A model generated the notes under the pieces. That model was not told the origin of the DNA. It saw only the letters and a list, made by a program, of their open reading frames with translations, and made no database searches. The position numbers were made by a program, and so were the translations under genes. A stretch of DNA of 41,549 bases from the NCBI GenBank assembly GCA_964489265.1, contig CAZAXX010000011.1:1-41549 (forward strand). Reading direction: 5' to 3'. Shown here in pieces: positions 1 through 8,291 of the stretch; the first letter of the stretch is position 1; each line of letters starts with the position of its first letter. Source of the stretch: an uncultured Coxiellaceae bacterium. Its GTDB lineage: Bacteria; Pseudomonadota; Gammaproteobacteria; DSM-16500.

Positions 1-120
1 ATTTCTTCACTTCCCCCCCCCGCGCGCGCGGGGGGGCGCGGGCGCCCCGTGTCTGATTTTATTCCCCCCGCCCCCCCCCCCCCCCCCCCCCCGGGACGTA
101 GGAAAGTCCTGAGGAGCGCA
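1..120. other. GC-rich homopolymer/low-complexity tract at contig start (likely assembly or sequencing artefact)
   Basis: C(8), (CG)n, G(7) and C(>25) runs make this composition completely unlike the rest of the window. Confidence 0.5.
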
Positions 121-158
121 CGCAGTGCGCGTCTCGAAGAGCAAAAAGCGCTGGGCTC

Positions 159-185
159 GCAATGACGCAGGAGCCGCGTCATTGC
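159..185 (-). terminator. perfect 10-bp stem hairpin (gcaatgacgc-aggagcc-gcgtcattgc) overlapping the stop codon of the 179.. gene
   Basis: The stem-loop is visible in the sequence. A T-run follows 11 nt downstream on the minus strand, so this is not a textbook intrinsic terminator. Confidence 0.3.
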
Positions 186-1382
186 CTCATAGCAATTTTT
201 TTTGAATTTTCTTCAGGAAACATTTCTTGTACTTTACTACTCCGCTCAACATCTCTGTCAAATTGCCTCATAGCTGCATCGTAAATTTTTTTCAAATGAT
301 CCGCAGGAATAGCAACTTTCATTTTCTCAACAATATCAGCCGTTTTAAGATAATTTTTTGCTTGCAGCAATTCGCCAAACTTCACAGCAAGATACGCTTC
401 GTATGCGCCCGGGTATGTCATTAAAAGACGCTCATAATGCAGTTCTATTAAAATAATTAATTTTTTCTTTTCTGCTGAATTACTTTTATCTTGATTTAAT
501 AATTGTAAAATTCGGTGATGATCTATTTTTAGAAGCTTGTCACTGTTTTCTAAAGTCTTGAGCAACGAAATTGACTTGTGATATTCATTTGTTTTTAAGT
601 GGGCAATGATCACATCAGTAATAAGAGTAGGTGTGGCTTCAGGAAATAACGCAGCTTCTTCAGCAAGTTCGCGCAATAATAAAAATAAATCGTGACGTAT
701 TTTAGATAATGACAAACCTGTGATTAACACATCAATAGACGACCACGTAGATTTCACGCAAAGCTGGTCAAGCAAAGCGTTGTAATGCACAAAATATTCG
801 CGATGCTCTTGTTTATACGTTTTCCATGTTTTAATTTCTTCATATATCATAAGAAGATTAAAAGTATAGGTAGGAAACAAATAGCTTACCAAGCCTAAAT
901 CATTTTCCATAAGCTTAAGATATTTTTCTGTGCGAGCATTGATTATTGCGCTTTTGGAGGAACAAGGTAAATCCGCAGATTTTTGTTCCACAGGCGCTTT
1001 GTCACTTTGAGATTTTTTAAATTCGACTAGTTTAGTCGCTGTAGCAAGTTCACCACTCATATACAAGGCCTGGCGATCAATCAGCGTAAGTGAGCGAAAT
1101 GAATCGATACGGCCATCAAATATTTTAATTGTGTTAGGATAACTTTCATAAATAAAATGATTATCAGTTACCAAATGCCAAAAAAACACATCCACTAAAC
1201 GAGCTGGATGAAAGTGAAATCCAAAAATTTCTTCGCTGGTATCTAATTTAATGCCTAAGCATTTTTTTTAAAGCAATTAACGCACCCACAATCGAAGGAA
1301 AGCGTATCCCGCAACCTTCAAAAATAAGTGTATCCATTTCATATACAGTTTCATATACATTAACAGCATGACTAAAAGACAT
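179..1382 (-). pseudogene. hypothetical protein apparently interrupted by a frameshift in an A8/T8 homopolymer (ORFs 1248..1382 and 179..1195 are likely one gene)
   Basis: A perfect SD (AAGGAGG-N8-ATG) at 1382 opens a 44-codon ORF (MSFSHAVNVYETVYEMDTLIFEGCGIRFPSIVGALIALKKMLRH) that stops at 1248. The downstream 338-codon ORF 179..1195 begins with GTG, has no SD, and its frame stays open back to 1267. The two frames overlap across tttttttt at 1262..1269, and a 1-nt length change in that run would fuse them into one protein of about 400 aa. Confidence 0.4.
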
Positions 1383-1425
1383 CGAATAGACCTCCTTGTT
1401 TTTTTGAAAGCATCTCTCCGCGAGA

Positions 1426-1454
1426 TTGCTCGCACGTCCGATGCCCGATATAAT
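1426..1454 (+). promoter_or_regulatory. sigma70-like promoter candidate TTGCTC-N17-TATAAT for the 1489..1851 gene
   Basis: The -35 hexamer is at 1426..1431 and a perfect -10 at 1449..1454, which would give a ~30-nt leader. Confidence 0.35.
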
Positions 1455-1488
1455 CAGCGCAATTCTAACATGACATAGGGATATTAAA

Positions 1489-1851
1489 ATGAGTCTTTTT
1501 AAAAAAACTATTTTGTTAATTTTGTCTGTTTTTATGTTGGCTTCACAAGCATATGCAGCAAAGACCAATCGAATACCGCAGTTTACAAATAGCAAAGTCA
1601 CCGTCTGGGAAACAATAATTTATCCCACCAAAAAAGAATCGTTACAACTTCATCGGCATGATCAAGATAGAATAATTGTCGCTTTAACTAGTGGAAAACT
1701 AAAATTTGTCACCAACACGGGGCGCACTGAAATTTTAACGTTTGAAAAAAACAAAGCTTATTATTTTCCTAAAAATCCGCCGCAAGAATTGCATGTTGAA
1801 ACCAACATTGGAAAAGACGTTTTAAAAGTTATGGTTATCGCATTAAATTAA
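1489..1851 (+). CDS. small secreted hypothetical protein (cleavable signal peptide, possible small beta-barrel/cupin-like)
   Basis: The N-terminus MSLFKKTILLILSVFMLASQAYA-AKT is a classic Sec signal peptide. A sigma70-like promoter (TTGCTC-N17-TATAAT) lies about 35 nt upstream. The ORF is 120 aa and overlaps the stop of the convergent gene by 4 nt. Confidence 0.55.
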   Translation: MSLFKKTILLILSVFMLASQAYAAKTNRIPQFTNSKVTVWETIIYPTKKESLQLHRHDQDRIIVALTSGKLKFVTNTGRTEILTFEKNKAYYFPKNPPQELHVETNIGKDVLKVMVIALN

Positions 1852-2435
1852 GATGATTTACACTGTAATTTTACACTCGCGTTTTTTTGAGAATGATAAA
1901 TATGTCCGTCATCGCTTAAAGTAAAAAAATCGCTTGTTACTTCTCGAGCTGCACCAACACCTTTGATGTAACCAAAAGCGATTTTTCCTGGATCATTGCC
2001 AATTTTGATTGCTTCTCCATTTTCATTTGATGCTGGAGCTGATGCAGTACAAATCGGTGTGACTACATTTAATTGCCAAAACACTTCACCGCCACAGCCG
2101 GCGAGAGAGTGAATAGCAAAACCATTTTTAATTGCTGTGGCCTCAACAAATTTTCTTTCTTTTAGATACTCACTAATATTATTAATAATTCCGCCATAGG
2201 TACATCCTGTAAATTGTCCTGAGTTGAGAAGCTTATTATTTTTATCTCTTAACTCATATTTAGTTAGATAGCTTGCGTTATGACGATTCAAAAAAATATT
2301 TAGAACTAATGTTTGATTGGCATTTGAATAGATGAGTTTTTCTGGACGAGCAGATGCGAGAGTTACTGAAGACTTAAATAAGAAAAAACAACTGAGTAAT
2401 GCCAGCGTGATTCGAGTTGTAAATGATAATTTCAT
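1848..2435 (-). CDS. secreted hypothetical protein, possible Cys/His thiol peptidase-like (NlpC/P60- or CHAP-like)
   Basis: The ORF track gives 1848..2642, but the internal ATG at 2435 yields MKLSFTTRITLALLSCFFLFKSSVTLASA, a signal peptide. Conserved-looking Cys residues (GQFTGCTYGG and AGCGG) are followed by DDGHIYH near the C-terminus, which resembles the Cys...His arrangement of NlpC/P60 or CHAP enzymes. This is a weak, motif-level call. Confidence 0.4.
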   Translation of the reverse strand: MKLSFTTRITLALLSCFFLFKSSVTLASARPEKLIYSNANQTLVLNIFLNRHNASYLTKYELRDKNNKLLNSGQFTGCTYGGIINNISEYLKERKFVEATAIKNGFAIHSLAGCGGEVFWQLNVVTPICTASAPASNENGEAIKIGNDPGKIAFGYIKGVGAAREVTSDFFTLSDDGHIYHSQKNASVKLQCKSS

Positions 2436-2486
2436 GATAACCAATTTTTTATGTAAGAATAATTCAACAAATCTTAGCATAAGTTC

Positions 2487-2520
2487 CTTCCCACGTCCCG
2501 CAGTTTGTCCGCGGAACGTG
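2487..2520. repeat. GC-rich near-perfect palindrome (cccacgtcccgc-agtttgtc-cgcggaacgtggg) downstream of the SPFH gene
   Basis: It is a 12-bp stem with one mismatch, unusually GC-rich for this DNA, with no T-tract. Confidence 0.4.
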
Positions 2521-2553
2521 GGTAGGATTGCGCAATGACGCATGCCCTTCCGA

Positions 2554-4542
2554 TTATACATTTGCCAACTTTTGCAATTGAACGACTTCGGCGCCTGCAA
2601 CTTGACTCTGTGCAGCCAAAACAGACGGACGACTTCCCCCAAATAACGTTACACCTGCCAAATTTGCAAACTCAACTGACGTTACCGTAAAATTCGCCCT
2701 ACTTAAAGCTGTTGCTCTAATTTCAGCTGCGCGTAACTCAGCAAGTTGCGGATATTTATTAAATAATTCACCTTGCATGGCTGCCGCTTTATTAATCGCC
2801 TCCGCTTCAACTAATTTCGCCTGGCCTCTCAATTTAGCTGCCTCTAACTCCGCATTGGCTGCATCGATAATCGCTTGATTTGCACGTTGTTGGCTGATCT
2901 TATTAACTTCCGCTTCTTGTGTCGCTTGAGTTCGTTTGTTCATCCAAATCTGATGGATCGCGGCACCTTCTGCACTCGCTTTAGCTGTAATCAACGATTG
3001 TTTTCCCATCTCGTCAGCTAATGTCTTATCCAACATTTTAGACTCTTGCACATTCATGCGAATAAGCGTAATGCCATATTCTTCCAAATCATGAGCCAAT
3101 TGTTTTTTGACTGTATCCTGATAATTTTCAACAACGGGTCCTAATACTTCTCCCGTATCTATTTTTGCATCACGACCTAACGGTTTATTCTGATAAAAAT
3201 TTAAAAAATCTTTGGATGAACATTGTTGAATAGCTTTTCCCATATCCGTTGTCACGACCGCTTCAATGTGATCCAAAATACCTTTCACACTGCCCAAGCG
3301 TTTCATAGCAAGCGTAGGATTGGCAATTTGAATTGCGACTAATAATTTTACTCCCACTTTAACCGAATCATTTGTTGTAAAAATATCAAATGAAAGCTCA
3401 TCACTTTTTGCATCTTTATCATCACGCAGACGCGCTTTCTTCGTTTTTTCACTGGGAAATTCCAGTGTTTGAATACTTGTATTTAAAAAATCGACAACCC
3501 AAAGATATCTATCTGTCACTAATTTCGGCTTATCAATAAATTCGCCATTACTTAATATTGCCACTTCATTAATGCCAGGATTAATGCGTTTCTGCGAACC
3601 GTGTTCAATTAATTTGGTAGATGTATTACAAAATAAAAAATCCTTGTTATCTTGCCTCGTTTTTTCAACACGAAATAATGGATCATCAAACACATAAGGT
3701 TCTACTTGCGCCTCTAATAATCTGGCCTCATTTCCAACCCATACTTTTGCAACAGATCCCGCTGGCACGCGCAAAATATGTCTTGTTCCATGATGGATAT
3801 AAGGTTCAAGTTGATCAACATAATCTCTTTCCGGATCAAATCTAAAAAGCGCAGTGTCAAACACATAAGGTTCTTCACGTGGTTCTAATAAATGCGCTTT
3901 ACCATTAATCGTGATTTTTGCGAATCGACCTGGTTGCACGCGCAAAATATGTAAATTACCGTGCTCAATATAATTTTCGGATTGCACCACAAATTGATTA
4001 TTAAATTTAAATAACGAATCATGAATAACATGCGTGCCTTCATTTAATAACATCGGCGTGTTGCCGGACCAGGCTTTTGCAAATTTTCCTTGCGGAACAT
4101 TTATTACGTGACTTCCGTGTGCTTCAATATAAGTGTCATTTTGATTTACGATACGTATCACGCCTGCTTCTGTATAAGGACCCGTAATGGATGTAACCAG
4201 GCGCTCGCCTCGCAATGCTAGACCTAATTCAGGCACTTTATTTTTATGTGCTAGCATAAATTGGTAAGGCTCCAGACGATAGCCACTACGAAACTGAGCA
4301 GTTCCAATAACGGGATCAGTGACGTTTACATTAAATTGTTTGACGATCGCTTTTGCACGCGAAGCTGCATTTTGTTCATTAATGGTAGCTTGAGTTAAAA
4401 TCGCAGATAAATCCGTTTCATAACTCAGTTTTTCTGCTGTTTTTACTTCAAGTGGTGTTGACGTTTTTTGCTTAATTTTTTGTGGTTCATCAATTGGATC
4501 AGCGAGAGGGACATAATCTGAGGGATCTGGTTTTCTAAACAT
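2554..4542 (-). CDS. SPFH/band-7 (flotillin-like) domain protein with an N-terminal extension of 4 tandem ~55-60 aa repeats
   Basis: The C-terminal ~280 aa carry SPFH hallmarks (FTTNDSVKVGVKLLVAIQIANP...) followed by an Ala/Glu/Gln-rich coiled coil typical of flotillin/YqiK. The start is reassigned to the ATG at 4542, which has AGGAG-N7 upstream; the track start at 4593 lacks an SD. Residues ~131-365 are repeats of the form YIEHGxxHIxxVPxGxFAKxWxGNxxxLLExxxEPYVFDxxLFRF. Confidence 0.7.
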   Translation of the reverse strand: MFRKPDPSDYVPLADPIDEPQKIKQKTSTPLEVKTAEKLSYETDLSAILTQATINEQNAASRAKAIVKQFNVNVTDPVIGTAQFRSGYRLEPYQFMLAHKNKVPELGLALRGERLVTSITGPYTEAGVIRIVNQNDTYIEAHGSHVINVPQGKFAKAWSGNTPMLLNEGTHVIHDSLFKFNNQFVVQSENYIEHGNLHILRVQPGRFAKITINGKAHLLEPREEPYVFDTALFRFDPERDYVDQLEPYIHHGTRHILRVPAGSVAKVWVGNEARLLEAQVEPYVFDDPLFRVEKTRQDNKDFLFCNTSTKLIEHGSQKRINPGINEVAILSNGEFIDKPKLVTDRYLWVVDFLNTSIQTLEFPSEKTKKARLRDDKDAKSDELSFDIFTTNDSVKVGVKLLVAIQIANPTLAMKRLGSVKGILDHIEAVVTTDMGKAIQQCSSKDFLNFYQNKPLGRDAKIDTGEVLGPVVENYQDTVKKQLAHDLEEYGITLIRMNVQESKMLDKTLADEMGKQSLITAKASAEGAAIHQIWMNKRTQATQEAEVNKISQQRANQAIIDAANAELEAAKLRGQAKLVEAEAINKAAAMQGELFNKYPQLAELRAAEIRATALSRANFTVTSVEFANLAGVTLFGGSRPSVLAAQSQVAGAEVVQLQKLANV
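3499..4203 (-). repeat. intragenic tandem repeats (4 units, 52-63 codons each) inside the SPFH gene
   Basis: Protein-level repeats are anchored on EHG..HI(L/N)RVP at residues ~159, 211, 268 and 331. The DNA shows a recurring ...cacgcgcaaaatatg... at 3768 and 3948. Confidence 0.6.
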
Positions 4543-4703
4543 ATACACGCTCCTTATATAAAAATCCTGATATATAAAATCACTGTTCAGCACCTACAAT
4601 AACAAAAAAAAACTTTTCATGTGATTACAAATTTGTCATTTTTGTTTTACTCATTGGGAATGTCGGTGTATATTTTCACACTCAAAATAAGCAGGAAAAC
4701 ACT

Positions 4704-6797
4704 ATGAAAAATTTTGTATTAGGAATTGCATGTTTGACGCTTGGCATCAATCACGCAAGCATCGCGAAGACAGCCTCTGTTAATCCGTTTGCGACAGAGA
4801 GCACACTGCCATTACAAGCGCCGCCATTTAATAAAATCAAAGATTCCGATTATCAACCCGCTTATGAAAAAGCGATGCAAGAACACCTCAGCGAAATTAA
4901 TGTAATTGCAAATAATAAAGCTGCACCGACATTTGAGAATACGATTGTTGCCATGGAAAAATCCGGTCGAATGTTAGATCGTGTTTCAGAAACTTTTTTA
5001 GGTGTCGTGCAAGCGAACACGAATGATTTGCTCGATAAAGTTCAAACAATTGAAGCGCCAAGACTAGCTGCGCATCAAGATGCAATTCATCTCAATCCGA
5101 AATTATTTCAGCGCGTAAAAACAATTTACGATCAACGTGAGAAATTGAAACTTGATTCAGAAGCACAACAAATTTTGAAGATTTATTACATGCAGTTTAT
5201 TCATGCGGGTGCGAATTTAAATGATGCTGATAAAAATAAATTGCGAACGCTCAACAAAGAAATGGCGACACTTGAAACTGCATTTCAGCAAAAATTAGTT
5301 GCTGCTACAAAAGCTGCTGAGTTAACGATTACAGATAAAACAAAACTTGATGGTTTAAGTGAAAATGAAATTGCTGCATTAAATACATCTAATCAAAAAA
5401 AATATGTCATTTCTTTGCAAAATACAACGCAACAACCACTGTTAACCTCTCTAACAGATCGCACCATCCGCGAAAAATTATTTAATCGCTCTTGGAATCG
5501 CGCAGAAAAAAACGATGCCAATGATACTCGCGACATCATCGCCACACTTGCGAAACTCCGCGCTGAAAAAGCGAAATTGTTAGGTTATCCTGATTATGCT
5601 TCGTATATTCTCTATGATCAGATGGCGAAAAATCCAAAAACAGTACACGAATTTTTGGGTCAACTGACCCCCGCAGTTACCAAAAAGGCAGCGGAAGAAT
5701 CGCACGATATCCAAGCTCTCATCGATCAAAAAACTCATTTCGATCTTAAACCATGGGATTGGAATTTGTATGCAGAGCAAATACGCAAGAAAAAATATAA
5801 CTTGGATCAAAATGAATTGAAGCCTTATTTCGAACTTAATAATGTGTTACAAAATGGGGTTTTCTATGCTGCAAATAAATTGTATGGCGTCACATTTAAA
5901 GAACGGCATGATATTCCTGTTTATCAACCGGATGTCAGGGTATTTGATGTGTTTGATCAAGATGGTTCAGAGTTAGGACTTATTTATTTTGATTATTTCA
6001 AACGCGACAATAAAACAGGTGGAGCATGGATGAGTACGTTTGTGCAACAGTCGAAATTACTTGGGACAAAACCTGTCGTTTATAATGTCGCAAATTTCAC
6101 TAAGCCTGCTAAAGGTAGACCTGCTTTATTGAGTTTCGATGATGTGACGACAATGTTTCATGAATTTGGTCACGCATTACATGGCTTGTTTGCTAACGCA
6201 AATTATCCGATGTCAAATAACGATATGGCGCGCGATTTTGTGGAATTTCCATCGCAATTTAATGAGCGTTGGGCACTCTACCCTGCCGTATTAAAAAACT
6301 ATGCGATAAATTACAAAACGCACGAACCTATCCCCGATGCACTAGTTAAAAAAATCAAAAATGCGGCTACGTTTAATCAAGGTTATGAGATCGGCGAACG
6401 GTTAGCAGCATCAGAACTTGATCTGCAATGGCATGAATTACCACAAAGTGCGCCTAAACAAAATGTTGATACATTTGAAATTGACGCACTGAAAAAAACC
6501 CACAGTGATTTTCCTAATGTGCCAACGCGTTATCGTTCCAGTTATTTCCTGCATATTTGGGCAAATGGTTATGCAGCGGGTTATTATGCGTATCTTTGGA
6601 CGGAAATGTTAGCGGATGATGCTTATGACTGGTTTACGCAACACGATGGATTGACGCGTGAAAATGGCCAGCGGTTTAGAGATATGATTTTGTCACAAGG
6701 TCATATGCAAGATTACGATACGATGTTTTATAAATTTTATGGAAAAAATCCTACGATTGATCCGTTGTTGGAACAACGTGGGTTAACTGTCAAGTAG
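4704..6797 (+). CDS. M3-family zinc metallopeptidase (peptidyl-dipeptidase Dcp / oligopeptidase A-like) with signal peptide
   Basis: The HEFGHALH zinc-binding HEXXH motif lies at 6159..6182. The 697-aa length is typical of Dcp/PrlC. The N-terminus MKNFVLGIACLTLGINHASIA looks like a signal peptide. Confidence 0.85.
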   Translation: MKNFVLGIACLTLGINHASIAKTASVNPFATESTLPLQAPPFNKIKDSDYQPAYEKAMQEHLSEINVIANNKAAPTFENTIVAMEKSGRMLDRVSETFLGVVQANTNDLLDKVQTIEAPRLAAHQDAIHLNPKLFQRVKTIYDQREKLKLDSEAQQILKIYYMQFIHAGANLNDADKNKLRTLNKEMATLETAFQQKLVAATKAAELTITDKTKLDGLSENEIAALNTSNQKKYVISLQNTTQQPLLTSLTDRTIREKLFNRSWNRAEKNDANDTRDIIATLAKLRAEKAKLLGYPDYASYILYDQMAKNPKTVHEFLGQLTPAVTKKAAEESHDIQALIDQKTHFDLKPWDWNLYAEQIRKKKYNLDQNELKPYFELNNVLQNGVFYAANKLYGVTFKERHDIPVYQPDVRVFDVFDQDGSELGLIYFDYFKRDNKTGGAWMSTFVQQSKLLGTKPVVYNVANFTKPAKGRPALLSFDDVTTMFHEFGHALHGLFANANYPMSNNDMARDFVEFPSQFNERWALYPAVLKNYAINYKTHEPIPDALVKKIKNAATFNQGYEIGERLAASELDLQWHELPQSAPKQNVDTFEIDALKKTHSDFPNVPTRYRSSYFLHIWANGYAAGYYAYLWTEMLADDAYDWFTQHDGLTRENGQRFRDMILSQGHMQDYDTMFYKFYGKNPTIDPLLEQRGLTVK

Positions 6798-6808
6798 AAT
6801 AGTCCTTG

Positions 6809-6874
6809 TGTCATCCTGAACGAAGTGAAGGATCTCCTTATATCTGGAGGTCCTTCGCTGCGCTCAGGATGACA
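6809..6874. mobile_element. MITE family 1 copy (diverged): 28-bp imperfect inverted-repeat hairpin element
   Basis: The left arm is tgtcatcctgaacgaagtgaaggatctcc and the right arm ggaggtccttcgctgcgctcaggatgaca. It lies between the convergent dcp-like (+) and hydrolase (-) genes, and the hydrolase TGA stop (6864..6866) plus its last 3 codons fall inside the right arm. Confidence 0.75.
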
Positions 6875-8204
6875 AACCTGGCATTGACGATTTTCTTGTT
6901 AAATTCTCATCATGCACTTCAACTACTTTCTTATAATAATCCAACGCAGCACGCCCTTGCCTGCGCTCAGCGTCAAGCGTTAAATTTGCCATCGAACCAA
7001 AATGCCCCATCCCTTCGGGTGCATACACCCAAGGACCTTTCATTTCTAGCGCAGTTAAAATCGCTTTTGTTTCCTGACTATAAGGAACTTTTTCTCGTTC
7101 CAATGTTTTTACTACAGTCACATCAGGCAAAAGAATCCCATCGCCATGTTCCATCGCCCCAATTCCCAAAGCATGTTTCATTTGCTCCATGACGGTTTCT
7201 GTACCGTGAGATTTTTCAGTATTCACATTAAGATAGTGTATGCAATTCGGATTACATTTTTTTATTGCCTGGATAGAATCCACATCCAAATCACCGCCCG
7301 CATATAAAAAAGTCGTCGCGATAACATTCGCTAAATTAAGTGGAACACCTAATTTTGAATGCAGCATGCCTGCCATGGCAGCCGAATAAGAGGAATAAGC
7401 ACGATCCATAAAAACAAGTAAATCAACACCATGCTTATCCTTAAAATAAGCAGCAACTTGCACAGCAATACTGCCGCCAAAACAATAACCATATAAATGC
7501 AAATTTTTTTCAAGTTCGGCATTTGTCCAATTCATTTTTTTTGCAAGATCATACACTTCAGCAATACCTGCATTGACAAAATCGACACTAGAGTCAGGGG
7601 GGTTATTTTCAGTAATACCTGGATAATTAAATACGCGGGTACTGCATTGCAACTTGGCATTTTCACGCTTATATTGATCCAATCCTATTTGATACATTTC
7701 CGCCGCAGCATTAAAAACTATTCTATAGCGTTGTACTTTTTCATCTTTATTTTCAAGTGGAATATCAGCACTATCAATTTCAATTCCATTTAAACCTTTT
7801 ACTTTATGAGCGTATTCTTTGGGAAATTCCTGGCACTTTTTTTGTAGCTTAGCAATATTCAAGGTATATAAAGGAATGATAGGTAAAACAATGCCGCGCG
7901 CGAAGCGTCCGCCGACCCAAGAAGGAAAAATAATGGAAACGCCGGATAACAAAAGCGTAATAGGAAATGCAACCGTGATTCCCAACAAATTTCCGAGAGC
8001 CGCTTTACGTGCAGCAGGATCCACAATGCCATCGATTAAATTTAAAATTAACTTTCCAGTCAGCGGAACGATTGCTACACCACTTAAAAAAAATGTGGCT
8101 AGCCATGCTGCACGTGTTGCAATCGGTTTTTTAAATTCTTGAACCCGAGAAGAATGAATAATATATTTTTCAGTTTCTAAAGTTGAATTAACTTCGCCAG
8201 CCAT
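6864..8204 (-). CDS. membrane-anchored alpha/beta-hydrolase-fold protein with a Cys nucleophile elbow (GYCFG)
   Basis: Two N-terminal TM helices are present (AAWLATFFLSGVAIVPL; LLGITVAFPITLLLSGVSIIF). The nucleophile-elbow-like motif reads HLYGYCFGGSIAVQVAAYF, a G-x-C-x-G variant as seen in dienelactone-hydrolase-type enzymes. AAGGA-N8-ATG precedes the start. Confidence 0.5.
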   Translation of the reverse strand: MAGEVNSTLETEKYIIHSSRVQEFKKPIATRAAWLATFFLSGVAIVPLTGKLILNLIDGIVDPAARKAALGNLLGITVAFPITLLLSGVSIIFPSWVGGRFARGIVLPIIPLYTLNIAKLQKKCQEFPKEYAHKVKGLNGIEIDSADIPLENKDEKVQRYRIVFNAAAEMYQIGLDQYKRENAKLQCSTRVFNYPGITENNPPDSSVDFVNAGIAEVYDLAKKMNWTNAELEKNLHLYGYCFGGSIAVQVAAYFKDKHGVDLLVFMDRAYSSYSAAMAGMLHSKLGVPLNLANVIATTFLYAGGDLDVDSIQAIKKCNPNCIHYLNVNTEKSHGTETVMEQMKHALGIGAMEHGDGILLPDVTVVKTLEREKVPYSQETKAILTALEMKGPWVYAPEGMGHFGSMANLTLDAERRQGRAALDYYKKVVEVHDENLTRKSSMPGLSS

Positions 8205-8291
8205 TTTTATATTCCTTTATGAATGTATTCTCTTTAAAATGCGGCCATAATATTCCAATTAATTTACTGATACAACAAAGGATTGTGATTT

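Noticed and set aside
1248-1382. Patatin-like phospholipase assignment for FEGCGIRFPSIVGALIAL
   Set aside because: It loosely resembles the GGGxRG glycine loop of patatins. However, the expected GxSxG about 25 residues downstream is absent in the fused frame (DTSEE instead), so the call is too weak.
1383-1601. Upstream part of track ORF 1248..1601 (-)
   Set aside because: This part overlaps, in antisense, the well-supported secreted-protein gene 1489..1851 and its promoter. Only the SD-supported 1248..1382 segment is credible, and it is treated as the 5' part of the frameshifted gene.
6806-7192. 128-aa + strand ORF (MCHPERSEGSPYIWRSFAALRMTNLA...)
   Set aside because: Its N-terminus is simply the translation of the MITE hairpin arms (CHPERSEGSP is tgtcatcctgaacgaagtgaaggatc). 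The rest is antisense to the well-supported hydrolase gene, so it is spurious.
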